DNA of 62,530 bases, the filler included, from Basidiobolus ranarum (lineage: Eukaryota), in the NCBI GenBank assembly GCA_040143965.1. It is 34 parts of 34 records of this genome, joined end to end, with 100 filler letters (N's around TTAATTAATTAA, not from the genome) between each part and the next. Parts side by side here need not be neighbours in the genome. Positions count along the whole stretch, not along the records: positions 47,942 to 49,679 come from JASJQH010004439.1; positions 49,780 to 51,517 come from JASJQH010004440.1; positions 51,618 to 53,354 come from JASJQH010004441.1; positions 53,455 to 55,190 come from JASJQH010004442.1; positions 55,291 to 57,026 come from JASJQH010004443.1; positions 57,127 to 58,861 come from JASJQH010004444.1; positions 58,962 to 60,696 come from JASJQH010004445.1; 27 more parts are not named here. One strand, written 5' to 3'. The notes under the pieces were generated by a model, which had not been told where the DNA came from, searched no databases, and was given only the letters and a program-made list of their open reading frames with translations. Each line of letters starts with the position of its first letter. Position 1 is the first letter of the stretch. A program made the translations under genes and the position numbers. Of this stretch, positions 48,746 to 60,796 are shown one piece after another.

Positions 48746-49679
48746 ATGCCTTCAGAAGTCTACAAGAAAATATACAATAAGACTCATGAGGATAGAAAGC
48801 ATGAATTGAGAAATAGGAATTTCAATTTTGAGTCTGCAAAGACATGATTTCAATTGTGGTTTGCTTGTATGGACCAGAAGTGACCAATGCGGCCTCAACT
48901 TTAGAGACAAAAGATGTTGTAAATAGATATCTACCACTACTCAATGAGACTTTGCAGCAACTGTTGACGGAGATTGCAGAGTTCATTACAACATTTCAGG
49001 ACACTATGGCAAGAGTAATCAACAGAGGTATAAAGAGAAAAGCAAGACAATTTATTGAATCAGAAGATATTCCCAAATGCAAATTGGAGCAGTCTAGACC
49101 ATTGCAGAGATGTACTCAATCACTCCAAATCAAAGAGACTCCTGACAAGGTATCTATTGCACAAGAAGAATCTACACAACTCACCACTAGAATTTAGGTA
49201 ACACCTCTGACAAGGGCAAGAGCCTAATGAGTTGGTTCATCAGCTAATAGTACATATCAACAGCAACACCAGCTTGAAAGAGTCTGTGATGTTTCTCCTG
49301 TTTTTGATGAAGTGCAAGCAGTTGATGAAGAACCAGAAAGAGGAAGCCCCGCATTGTCACACATCATAGTGTGCAATTTGCCTAATTCAACCAAACCAAC
49401 CAGTGAGCTTTTTACATATGGAGAAGAGTCAGCTCCAAGGAGCATGCCACCAGAAAGACATACCGGTTTAATGCGTACTACCACACTACAGCAGCAAAGG
49501 CCAACCGCAAGAATTATTGAACCTTCCACTTGGTTGGATGAAGATCTGAGACCTGAGAGCAATCTACTAAGACAGTGATCTGCAACAATGTGTACCCCCA
49601 CAAGACCAAGACAACTGGTGTTTGAGAGAGATCGTGAAGCTCTTACTGAGCTTGAAGAAGCCACAACACAAACCTCAAT
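48746..49679 (+). pseudogene. Second copy of the unclassified repeated ORF
   Basis: Colinear with 22450-23389 (reverse complement); shared YLPLLNETLQQLL...TTFQDT.ARVINRG. Confidence 0.7.
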
Positions 49680-49779
49680 NNNNNNNNNNNNNNNNNNNNN
49701 NNNNNNNNNNNNNNNNNNNNNNNTTAATTAATTAANNNNNNNNNNNNNNNNNNNNNNNNNNNNNNNNNNNNNNNNNNNN

Positions 49780-50468
49780 AAGTTTGAGAGTTGGGGTGTT
49801 TGGGACTACAAGGACCAATACAAAGAGGGATGAGGTAAGGATGATGTAAGGATGATCAGGTGACCTTCCATGGAAGGTCTTGGTGGAAATACACTATGTG
49901 TGGGATGAAATGATTGGTTAGGTTTCATGGAATGTACCAAAGAACATGACTTTCATATAAGGTAATCTGGATGAACTGACACCAGATTGCCAAGAAGAGA
50001 TGGCACAGCAGATACGATGTTCTAATCTAATAATAGAAGAGTTCTGTTTGCAGTGGATTAGTATGCCAAGATCAGAATCATGACAAAGCCACCCTAACAC
50101 TCAATCCAGACTAGTAGTGTGACACTACAAGCAACATTAATACAAAGGTGGGCTTTGATGAAGATATGGATAACAACTTAGGGTGGATATGAGTAAAACC
50201 TTGGTTATGAAGAACTCTATAAAATATTCAGGAGATTATATCTAAGAAACCAGGGATTTCAAAGGTGACAAATTGGCATTCAAGTGGTAAATTTTTAAAA
50301 TTTGAGTTACATTTTTTGCACATGTGTTGATCCATAGTTTTCTGGGATTGTAGCCATTCATGTGCAACTATAGTACAAGTTTTTATGATGGCAAGTGGAT
50401 GGTCAGTTCAAAATGGATCAAAAATTGTTAGTTTTCTTACAATAACAAACCTCAAATTTTGGTCAGGA
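49780..50468. mobile_element. LTR B 5' half (-, 49780-50084) and CMC/EnSpm ORF2-side arm (+, ~50120-50468)
   Basis: Matches 9479-9775 and 14950-15340 respectively. Degenerate terminus aaattttggtcagga. Confidence 0.8.
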
Positions 50469-50819
50469 TCAGAAGTTTTGAACTAACCTCAGAATTTCTG
50501 TACTTCTTTATTCTCTCTGTATTTCAACTTTACTTATGTTGCTAGCATATTGTGCTACATTGGCTCATATGTTTAAAAGTTAGGTATATATATATTTAAA
50601 TTAACATAAGGGTACTTAATCTTATCCCAAAAATTGGAAATGCCTATTTCTGGGTTTTAATATTTAAATCAAGGGCTGCAGACTCTATCATATAAAACTC
50701 TCTAAGTCACTCAAGGCCCGGGATTTTGTATTTCATGATTGTGAAAAACATTTTCCTGAAATGACTGCAGATGATGATGAAGATCAATTTTCTCCTGATC
50801 CATTCAATCCAATTGATTC

Positions 50820-51390
50820 TGTTGGATAATTAGTCTTTATTCAACATTATAGTTAACTTTAGTCATGATACTTATATCAGAAACAGAAAGCAATGTATCT
50901 ATAGCCCCTACATTCTAAATGGAATATCCCTATATCTATATAACAAGTATGGCTTATCACCCCGACTTATCTATTGTATCTTATTACACAAACTCCTGAA
51001 TATCTCAAACAATTGATTTACTTTTCAACTATACAAGTCACCATATACTCTTAAGAATAAAGTAACAAAAATATACTATCATAAGATGCTTCTAATACTC
51101 AAAGTCTACCCCCATTATGTTAAGATCCTCCAACATGGTAGCAGCAAGTGAATTGGAGTCTTCTTCCCAAAAGGAGATTACTAATATTCCAACTTTCAAT
51201 GGGGAAGATTTCCGTGAAAGGAAATTTGAGATGTCACTTGTGCTTGAAGGAAAACATGTCTGGGAAGTAGTTCAACCAGATGAAGATGAAGAAACTTCTG
51301 AAGAGGAAAGTACAGATTCTGGCACTGAAACAAAGAAGCCAACACATGAAGAAGCCAGGGCAGCCTTCAAAGAAAAAGACAGATTGGTAT
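50820..51390 (+). mobile_element. Copia 5' end: complete LTR C (50820-51135), PBS TGGTAGCAG (51136-51144) and start of gag
   Basis: TGTTGGA...TCCAACA perfect 7-bp terminal repeat. The PBS is complementary to an initiator-Met tRNA 3' end. Gag IPTFNGEDF...KFEM.LVLEGKHVWEVV. Confidence 0.88.
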
Positions 51391-51418
51391 TTAGGAAAAT
51401 AAGTCTATATAAAAGGTA

Positions 51419-51501
51419 TGAAGAGAGTGGGATTCGAACCCACGCCTCCGAAGAGATCACGGCCTTAACGTGACGCCTTAGACCAACTCGGCCATCTCTC
51501 C
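51419..51501 (-). tRNA. tRNA-Leu(AAG)
   Basis: GGAGAGATGGCCGAGTTGGTCTAAGGCG-TCACG-TTAAGGC-CGTGA-variable arm-GTGGGTTCGAATCCCAC-TCTCTTCA. All stems pair, and a TTTT Pol III terminator follows. Confidence 0.97.
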
Positions 51502-51618
51502 ATATACTTTTGTGTGCNNNNNNNNNNNNNNNNNNNNNNNNNNNNNNNNNNNNNNNNNNNNTTAATTAATTAANNNNNNNNNNNNNNNNNNNNNNNNNNN
51601 NNNNNNNNNNNNNNNNNG

Positions 51619-53354
51619 TATCTTCCTTGTCCAGTCTTGTCTTGTCTTGTGGTCTACACCCAAGTACTCTCCTGCCTTCTAGCCTCTTGTCGTTGTTCCC
51701 AGTCCTTGTCCAGTTCCTTATTGTGACAGAAATGGCCTGTAATAAAATACAATTGCCATCCATTACCAGAAAGATCTTGTAAATCCCCTGATGACTAATC
51801 TGTGACAGCATCTCAGAATCAGATGATGATATTGATGTGCAATACTAGAATATCACTCTTACATAGAAGGTGTTCTTTTTCCCACAATATTCTTCTCATG
51901 TTGCAACACAAGCATTTAAAGAAGCCCTGTAATTATTATCACAAATTCTTATGCAATGAAAGCTGGTCAGTCAAATATGTACATATATAGAGACTAAACA
52001 CAACAAGATTCTGACATTATTTGATTCTCTTTATGGCTGGAAAACAAAGCCAGAAATATCTAAGTAAAGGCATGCATATTCATTTGAATTCCTACAGTGA
52101 TAAACCCAGTAATTTGCCATTCAAAATTCCATTTTTGCAAAAATTGCCCAAAATCAAATACACATGCCAAGTATTAGGATCATTATTTTAACATGTATGA
52201 ATACTATCAAGATATTGTCAAGAAGCCACCATCACACCATCTAAATCCCTGACAGAATGCAAGCCACTAACGTTATGATGGTTCTCTGATGGTATTGAAA
52301 CTCCTAATGATGGATTCAATCCAGATCAAAGTGATTTTATTTTTGTAAGGTATGATGAAATTCACTCTCTAATCAAGAATTAAACATGGAACCTTGTGGA
52401 CTTACTTACTGGAAGAGAAGCTATCGTTAATATATGGGTGCCAAAACTGAAATTTAACCCAGGTGGATCTATCAACCAGTAAAAAGGAAGATTAGTAGTA
52501 AAAGGCTATGCTCAGAAACATGGCAATGACTATAATGAGACATTTTCCGAAACACCAGGAATAGATTATACAGAGAGTTTAGCTCCTGTACAAAGGTTTA
52601 ACTTAATTTGATTGATTTTGGCAATTTTAGCTCAATGACAGTACATCATGCACCAAATAAACATTAAAACTACCTTTTTGAATGGAGTGCTTGCTACTAA
52701 GCTCTATAGTGACCAGCCAAATGGATTTGCACAGAAAACCCTAAAGAAGTTTGAATACTCTTGAAAACCCTGTATGGCTTAAAAAAAACTATTCAAGCTT
52801 GGGATAGCAAGATGAATGCTTTGTTCAAAATACTGAAGTTCCAAAGAAGTAATGCTGCCTATAGTAATATAATGGTGACTAATAACTTGTTATAATTTCT
52901 AAGTAGCAAAGAATTATTGAGGTGTTGAGTAATAATAGGCTATTCTCAAAATCCACCAATCATAGTATTTCAAGATAATCAAAGGTATATCAGATTAGAT
53001 AGAAATCCCATGTTGTAGTGTGGAATGGGGATGTGTTGTCAGTCTTCTAAAAGAAACAATTAATAAACCACTACAAATCTTCAGCTAAGTTGAATTTATA
53101 TTTACTGGAAGATTTCTGCTATTGCTAAGCATGATACTCTTAACTAACAAAAGCATTAAAGTGTTGAAGTTTATTGTCTTTATCATATATGTTATCTCTA
53201 TCTTTATAGTTTGGAAGTAAACCTGATGTGGCTAATCTCAGAGTTTTGGAAGTACTGCATATGCAATGATTCCAGACCAGAAGAGATCAAAATTAGACCG
53301 AAAAAGCCAGAAATGTCTTTTTTTGGGATATTGTGATGGAACAAAAGGGTACAG
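51619..53354 (+). mobile_element. Nest: LTR B end, internally deleted CMC/EnSpm (~51728-52350), decayed copia RT (~52351-53010), LTR D start (~53162), integrase piece
   Basis: Matches to the families above. RLVVKGYAQKHGNDYNETF and IKTTFLNG. Confidence 0.85.
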
Positions 53355-53454
53355 NNNNNNNNNNNNNNNNNNNNNNNNNNNNNNNNNNNNNNNNNNNNTT
53401 AATTAATTAANNNNNNNNNNNNNNNNNNNNNNNNNNNNNNNNNNNNNNNNNNNN

Positions 53455-54145
53455 AATATAGTCCAAGCTTGATGGGAAGTCTTTGCATATTGAATATTCA
53501 CAAGTTGTGAATCCTTCAAACTTTGACAAATGACATTAAAGGCCTTCTTGTCTCTTTTCTTGTAAACTTTCAGTAAAGAAGGGTCAGAAGGTTCCTTTTC
53601 ATTGCCAGAGACTACATCCCAAAGCTCCCTGTCTTCCAGCATGATCTGCATCTTGAACTTCCATAAGTTGTAATTTTCTCCATCAAGCTTTTCAACAGTT
53701 GAGTTAATAAAAGTGGTAGTAGTGGTTTCTGCCCTGCTGTAAAGGTTACAACATGGGGCTCATAACCTATTGGGAAGATATGGGCTGTTTGGAGGAACTT
53801 TAGAAAAGTTGAGTTGTGAATAGCTTTGTGAGATAATTATTTATTGTCCAGAAATATAGCATTTATGCATTTTGATGGATATACAGAAAATTAACACTGG
53901 GGTTGTGTTCAGAACATCTGTGAGAGTAAAATGAGGTTTCTTTGGGGTGATTTGGAAAAGTTTGAAATTTCCAATATGGAATTGGTAATTCTCAAATTAT
54001 TCACATATATATATAATAAATGTTCCAATTTTCAGCTAAGTGATATTTGGCTAAGTAATGTTAACTAACCCATATGTGATATATGAAAGAGTTAGGTGTA
54101 TAAAGATAGAGATAACAAATATGATAAAGACAATAAACTTCAATA
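53455..54145 (-). mobile_element. Copia 5' end: LTR D (53768-54145), PBS GGTTATGAGCCC (53756-53767) and gag
   Basis: The LTR matches 46557-46916. Gag VEKLDGENYNLWKFKMQIMLEDRELWDVV. Confidence 0.92.
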
Positions 54146-55190
54146 TTTGGGTCATGTTGGAGCTGAAAATATGGGAAATTTAATATAGAACAAGATGTTT
54201 AAGGACTAAATTTAGTAATTGCACCAGATCTGGAGCTATGTGAAGGTTGACTATATGGTAGGCTACATGGATAGACATTTGTGGGCTCTGGAATGAGCAA
54301 AATGGATAAAAAAATCGGTCCTGATACACTCAGATCTGTGTGGCCCAAAGCAGACAAAATCCTTAGGCAGAAACAGGTACTTTAAGACCTTTATTGATGA
54401 TAAGACAATGTATACTTGGGTGTACTTTTGGGCTAGTAAGGATGAAGCCTTTGATACCTTCAAGAAGTTCAAAGCAATGGTGAAGACTGAAACAGGTCTA
54501 AAGATTAAGATTATCCATACTGATAATGGAGGGGAATATATCTCAAACTCTTCTCTAACTTTTGCTCAACATATAGGTTAAAACACCAGACTACAGTGCC
54601 ATATTCTCCACAGCAGAATGGAGTAGCAGAGCATGCAAACAGATCAATAATGGAAAAGGCAAGATCTATCCTTCACAATAAAGATTTACCACAACAGTTC
54701 TGGGCTGAATTGGTTGCAACTGCACTATGTATTAGGAATAGATGTCTTTCTAGGTCTCTATTGGCTATGACACCTTATCAAGCTTGGTTTAGAAGTAAAC
54801 CTGATGTGGCTAATCTCAGAGTTTTTGGAAGTACCACATATGCAATGATTCCAGACCAGAAGAGATCAAAATTAGACCAAAAAAGCCAGAAATGTCTTTT
54901 TTTGGGATATTGTGATGGAACAAAAGGGTACAGGCTATATGACACTGAAAATAAGAGGCTAATCAAGTCAAGGGATGTGGAATTTGCTGAAGAAGAAAAA
55001 TTTTCAATCAAAACAATCCAACATCAAGAAAAACAACCAAAAATTGATGAAAATTCTTCTTTTTCTCACCAAATCCTAATAACTGAGAAAAACATTGAAA
55101 ATCTTGCACCTGCAGTGTCCTCAACTAAGCCTGAGGTGGTTTCATTGCCTAAATTGGTAGTAGAAGTTGTAGTGCCAATTTCCCATCTTA
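54146..55190 (+). mobile_element. Copia integrase
   Basis: LIHSDLCGP, IHTDNGGEY, PYSPQQNGVAE, KCLFLGY, SRDVEF. Confidence 0.95.
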
Positions 55191-55290
55191 NNNNNNNNNN
55201 NNNNNNNNNNNNNNNNNNNNNNNNNNNNNNNNNNTTAATTAATTAANNNNNNNNNNNNNNNNNNNNNNNNNNNNNNNNNNNNNNNNNNNN

Positions 55291-57026
55291 CTAAACTGCT
55301 ATATTTTGCTCAGATCCATAACAGTGAAGATATTGTCACATAACTCCCACAGCATGTGCAATATCTGACTGTGTTCCAACCATGATATACATCAAACTAC
55401 CAACCATAGATTGATAAGGAAGTTTTTGGCTTTCATTTAAATCCAAGAACATCTGATTTGAGCCATTTTTGGTCAAGTTGAGATTTGTCTCCATTGGGGT
55501 AGATACTGGATTATATTCTTCCAATTTAAACTGATTTAGTATATCTAGGATATACTTAGACTGGTTTAAAGTTATTGTTTTGGTAGTTCTATCAATCTTA
55601 ATTTGGATTTCAAGAAAGTATGTCAGTTCACCAAGATCAGTCATTTTGAATTTGGCAGATAAGCTGGATCCGGTTTTCTCCAAAGTCTTCAAATCATTGG
55701 TTGCTATAATAAGGTCATCTACATATAAGGCTAATAAAACTGAGTTTGTCTTATCTGGCCTGAAGTAAATACTATCTTCAGTACTACTCTTTTGGAATTT
55801 GAGTGTTTCCAAAAATGCATTTATTTTGCTATTCCAAGCTCTGGGAGATTGTTTTCTGAAGTCTGCAAGCTTTTTTAGGGCTATCTGGGTCCATAAAGCC
55901 ATCTAGATTGTCCATAAAGATCTCCTCAGCAAGCTCACCATTCAAAGAAGCAGTTTGAACATCCATTTGATGTATAAAAACTGATATTTAGCTGAAAGTG
56001 CAAGAATCAATCCAATTGAATTAAACTTTGCTACAGGTGCAAAAGTTTCTGTATAAGCTATTCCTGGTATTTGAGAATAACCCCTAACAAAAATTAAATT
56101 GATTTGATCCGGATTGGATCCACCCTTCTAAATTGCAAAACTGTCAGAGAACCATCACATTATTAGTGGCTTGTATTCTGCCAGGGATTTTGATGGTGTG
56201 ACAGCAGTTTCTTGATGGTATTATCATGGTATTTGTATATGTTAAATTATTGATCCTCATATTTGGCATGCATTAGTAATATCTGGCAATTTTTGCAAAA
56301 TAAAATTTTTGAGTGCAAATTACTGGGTTTACTACTACAGGAATTCAAATTAATAAGCATGCCTTTATTTAGATATTTTAGGCATTGTATTCCAGCCATA
56401 ATGAGAATCAAAAAATAGAAGAATCTTGTTTTGTTTAGTCTCTACATATGCACATAGTGGAATGCTCAGACTTAACTCAACAACATCAATATGCTTTACC
56501 AGCAAACTAATGGTTAAAAATTGCTAAACATCGGAAATTTTGAATAGCACTGACACTTGGCAAATAGCTGACTCTTGTTACCATTCACAATGAGAATAAG
56601 CCCTTGGATTTAGGAAATTTGTGTAAAGAATTCAGCCAATATATCCACAACTTGCTGTCAACAAATGTCCTGCCACAAGTAGATGTGACATTGCTTGAAT
56701 AGATTACCCTATGGCTGAAGCAATAATACTGCATATCTCAATCTATCTCACCAAGAAGTCTGTCTTGCAGCTTTCCTAGAAATACCATCAGATTATTACA
56801 TAAGCAAATTAGTCAAAATTATGGAGGTACTCACTCTGTGTCCATGAATTGGGCTTTGTTGCTGTTATTGTGCTTAAACAATACAAAAACTTGTACATGT
56901 TGGCTGACTACTCCCACTGCAAAAGAAATATATGGTTTGGTACCAGTCATAGCATAGATCAAACTACCTGCCATAGATTGATAAGGGAACTCAGGGCTTT
57001 CAATTGACATATTTTGAGCCATATTT
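55291..57026 (-). mobile_element. Copia RT (55291-56081) interrupted by a CMC/EnSpm end (TIR at 56082, extending to ~56895), then another RT piece
   Basis: KQSPRAWN and LALYVDDL. CCCTAACAAAAAT abuts the GYSQ codons. Confidence 0.9.
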
Positions 57027-57126
57027 NNNNNNNNNNNNNNNNNNNNNNNNNNNNNNNNNNNNNNNNNNNNTTAATTAATTAANNNNNNNNNNNNNNNNNN
57101 NNNNNNNNNNNNNNNNNNNNNNNNNN

Positions 57127-57378
57127 GGCATTCTTGAAGTACTGTTGAAGGAGGTTCTTGATGCCATAGAATGTGAAACGTTCACAAAACTCGTTAGGAA
57201 TGATGTACCAAACGGCTTTGGGAATCTTGTTAGGGTTGTCAATGAGTTTCTGGTCAAGTTTAGCATTGAGTTCACGTTCCAAACGTAGGAGTTCCTTTTC
57301 GCGTTCAGTGAGCTGATCCTCATCGGCAGCACCGATTTCCATCTGTTGGAGTTCGTGGATATCCTTTTCGGTGGCCAT
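57127..57378 (-). CDS. POT/PTR2-family proton-dependent oligopeptide transporter, N-terminal part
   Basis: PKAVWYIIPNEFCERFTFYG is the ExxERFxYYG motif. A TATAAAA lies ~50 nt upstream (57425-57431). Confidence 0.92.
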
Positions 57379-58728
57379 GATGTAGAGGAGGAGATGCTGT
57401 CTACTTCGAGTTGGATGAGGCACCCTTTTATATTTTCTTGCCGGACAGTTAGCCAAGATAGTTAACTCTTATCGTGATCGCTAATTGCTTGGAACAGGAT
57501 TGAGTAAATCGAGTAAAGTATTATTGAGAATGGAAGATCATATTCTATGCCTTGAACTTACACCGGTCATCCGGTTCGCGAGTTAGTAACTTATGTTTTG
57601 TACAATGTTGAACCAAACTCTATTTTCAGATGACCAGAGTCAGCTGATTATATTAAAATTATTCAAAAACGAAGTACATCACGTATTTCGTAAGGGCTAA
57701 AGAGTTTTCACAGGATTAGTTTCAAATCCGGCGACTTCAGTTAAGCTCTTTCAGGCAAGATTGAAAATTGGCACGTATATTTTGATCTGCCAAATACAAC
57801 TAATTAAATTAGGATATGGAAAGCCTTCATAGTACAAGTAGAGTAGTACTAGACTAAATATGATCCAGCCACCCAGAATGAGGAGAAATTGCCAGCAAGT
57901 TGCCAGTAATTATACGCTTCAGATTAACATCGTGAAAACCTTATCCATCTACTGTATCAGGTAAAAGCCCACTATTATATGTAGGTGAATAGCATCTTGA
58001 GGTTAAGAGAAATAATTATGTTGCACCGATTGCAAGTTTATTCTTTACATATACTTTCTTGAGTTAACATTCATTTATCCCGAAGTAACGAACTGTTTCA
58101 TGGCTTTTAGGCCCGCTGTGACCAGACGCGATATATGCTACCCGTTACTTATGAGAAGTGGTATAACGTTGGAAATGGTATCCAGTCGATCAGAGTAAAC
58201 GAAAACAGAGAAGAGTATTTAGGAGGTAAGTGGGTAGAAAATATTTACCGTTAAGTGTAACAGGAGGCATAATGAGTCGAAGGGTCTTCAATTTTCTTTT
58301 GTGACGATTTGAGTTTACATAATATAAAATCATAATGATATTAAATTAAAATATTCCCACGAGATAGGGAGTTAAGCACTAGAGTAACTGTGATGATAAA
58401 CCAAGTTTTTTTAGATTTCCCACGAGTTTCGAAGACCATATCTGTCAAATTTTCATGATCTTAAAACTACGGAGTAGAGTATGTACAATTATAGTCCTCA
58501 ATGAAACCGTGGCTTTTTGAATGAGAGGGGAGTAAAAACCTTGAAGCCGATACGTTTGTCTACGAGTGGGAAGATAATTTCGCCGAGAGAATAAAGACTA
58601 CCAGTAGATTGATTCAATTTTATTATTGAGATTAATTTAATGTCAAAAAGATGAAAGTATATTATAATGGAGAAGTGACATAATGCAAGGTGAAAAGATG
58701 AACTAGTAACAAAAATGAACAAGAAAGT

Positions 58729-58860
58729 TTAATGCTGCCCTTTCTTTTCAGCTTCAGCTGCCTGTAACGCAGCATCTCTGTCCTCTTTATAGGTATACTT
58801 GGTGGCCAAGAAGCAGAACACAGCGTTGGCGACAAGGCCAATACCACAGTAGAGGAAGTA
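58729..58860 (-). CDS. C-terminus (last TM helix) of a probable upstream POT-family transporter
   Basis: YFLYCGIGLVANAVFCFLATKYTYKEDRDAALQAAEAEKKGQH* resembles the final TM helix plus Y-x-Y tail of PepT/POT proteins. Confidence 0.65.
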   Translation of the reverse strand, partial: YFLYCGIGLVANAVFCFLATKYTYKEDRDAALQAAEAEKKGQH

Positions 58861-58961
58861 TNNNNNNNNNNNNNNNNNNNNNNNNNNNNNNNNNNNNNNN
58901 NNNNNTTAATTAATTAANNNNNNNNNNNNNNNNNNNNNNNNNNNNNNNNNNNNNNNNNNNN

Positions 58962-60696
58962 AGTATTACCAAAACTTTGAGCCAAAGCATAGCCATTGGA
59001 CTCAGTGGGCAACACTAAAATCAATTTTGTGCACTTATTACTGAGGATATTGCCCAGGCTTTGTGCAGCTGGTGGCTTTGTATAGTGATTGTTTCTGCGG
59101 TTATTTTGTCTATGAAGCTTACCACTTTCATAGCACAAGAACTTGTGACCATAACAGCAGGGCTTCATTAGATGTATGTATTGTGGCACAAGAAAGATAT
59201 TGCTCAAAAAAGAGCACCTCCTACATCAGGGTGGTATTTTAGATATAGCCCATCAATATCATCAGCTAATTCTGAGCCAGTGTCACAGATGAGTCAACAG
59301 GGGATTTACAAGATATTTCTGGTAGCAGATTGCAATTTTAGCTTATTATAAGCTGTTCTAGTAATTTTACTACATTAAGTTAAACATCTGAAAATTTCCA
59401 TGCCATTCAAAAAAACTCAAAATCAAATTCAAAACTCAAATTGGCTTTCAAGCAAAAGCCTGCTGGCAGAAAAGGAAGAAAAAGAGCAAGTACAGAGGAC
59501 TTAATTGAAGAGCAGTCTAGCAATCCACAATCCACTTTGGAATGCAACAACATGTGGGAAACTTACTCAAGTAATGATGAAGGATTGATCAGTTTACCAG
59601 ATGTGTTGCTTCCTAGTGCAAGTGAAGAGATTGTAATCCCCCAAATACAGAGTAAATCAATAGTTGAGCAAAGTTCAACAGAAACACCATCAAGACCATC
59701 AACTTCCAAAGTGGCTTCTTTACCCTCTATTGAACAACCCTTTGTTGAAAATATGGATAGAAATAATACAACAAGGGAATTGCAGGCAGAACACCATAAT
59801 GATTTACATATGATTGTTAGTAAAAATTACAAAGTTGCTATACAGGCCCTGACAAGCCATAACAATGCAATAGCAAAATTACTCCAGCATTGTGAAGCAA
59901 CTAGTCTACAGTTAGAGAATCACTCAACAGTGATGCTAGAACTTTGAATTGCTGAACTTGAGCTACAGCAACATGCTGCTCCCTCCATCCAATCTCATAT
60001 GGGATTTCAATCAATTCCACACCATACATAAGAATGTCACCAAGACAATCTAGCAGAGCAAAATATGTGATGACCAATAAGCCTACACAGAGACCCAAAA
60101 TTGTTTGGGCACTAATTTTCTAGGGCTCATGAAATAGAAATCTCTTAGGAAAATGGCAAACCAAAAGTCTCTGAATCTCAGAGCTGCAGTCACTTGCTCT
60201 GATGATGAGTGGCTTAACCTTTTGGAAACTGTGTGGAATCTTGCTCAAAATCATCTGTATTTGAGCCAATTGTGGAAAAATCAAAAACCAGGCATTACTA
60301 TGAAGGTTCTTGACTTATTTCCTGTGGCTTATGCTGGGTTTTTGTAAGCAAATGGCAATTGGTTAATTCATCCATTTACTCAACTAGTGATTTTTGTCTA
60401 CAAAATGTACTTGTTGTCCTGGTATTTTGATTCCATACAGTAGCTAAAACTTCATTAAACTCCTTTCCTTTTTTTGCTTAGTAGTCCAAATGTTGAAGCT
60501 TTCCTCTGCTTCTCCAATGGTGCTCAAATCATGGTGCCTTTTGGTTTTGTGCTGATTAGGGTTGCTACTACAGGCCTATTTATAAAATATCTCAAAAATG
60601 TACACAATTAATGACTGGGAATAGTAAGAAAAGCAGCTAAAAAAGTACTCAAGGAGCAGGAAGTTAGTAAACCTAAGGGAAAAGCAAAGAAGCCAG
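58962..60696. mobile_element. CMC/EnSpm element centre: transposase 5' start (-, 58962-59150) and ORF2 (+, 59441-60696, probable intron ~60362-60573)
   Basis: Same layout as 36904-38644 and 44264-46002. Confidence 0.85.
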
Positions 60697-60796
60697 NNNN
60701 NNNNNNNNNNNNNNNNNNNNNNNNNNNNNNNNNNNNNNNNTTAATTAATTAANNNNNNNNNNNNNNNNNNNNNNNNNNNNNNNNNNNNNNNNNNNN

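Noticed and set aside
50123-50131. CACTACAAG (also reverse at ~47127-47135) as a CACTA terminus
   Set aside because: At 47130 the element's sequence continues on both sides. The shared boundaries map instead to CCCTAACA.
51117-51473. 118-aa ORF as a host gene
   Set aside because: It is a composite of LTR end, PBS, gag start and antisense tRNA.
18476-58860. Treating the host genes and the viral-type gene as a cluster
   Set aside because: They lie on separate length-sorted contigs, so there is no linkage information.
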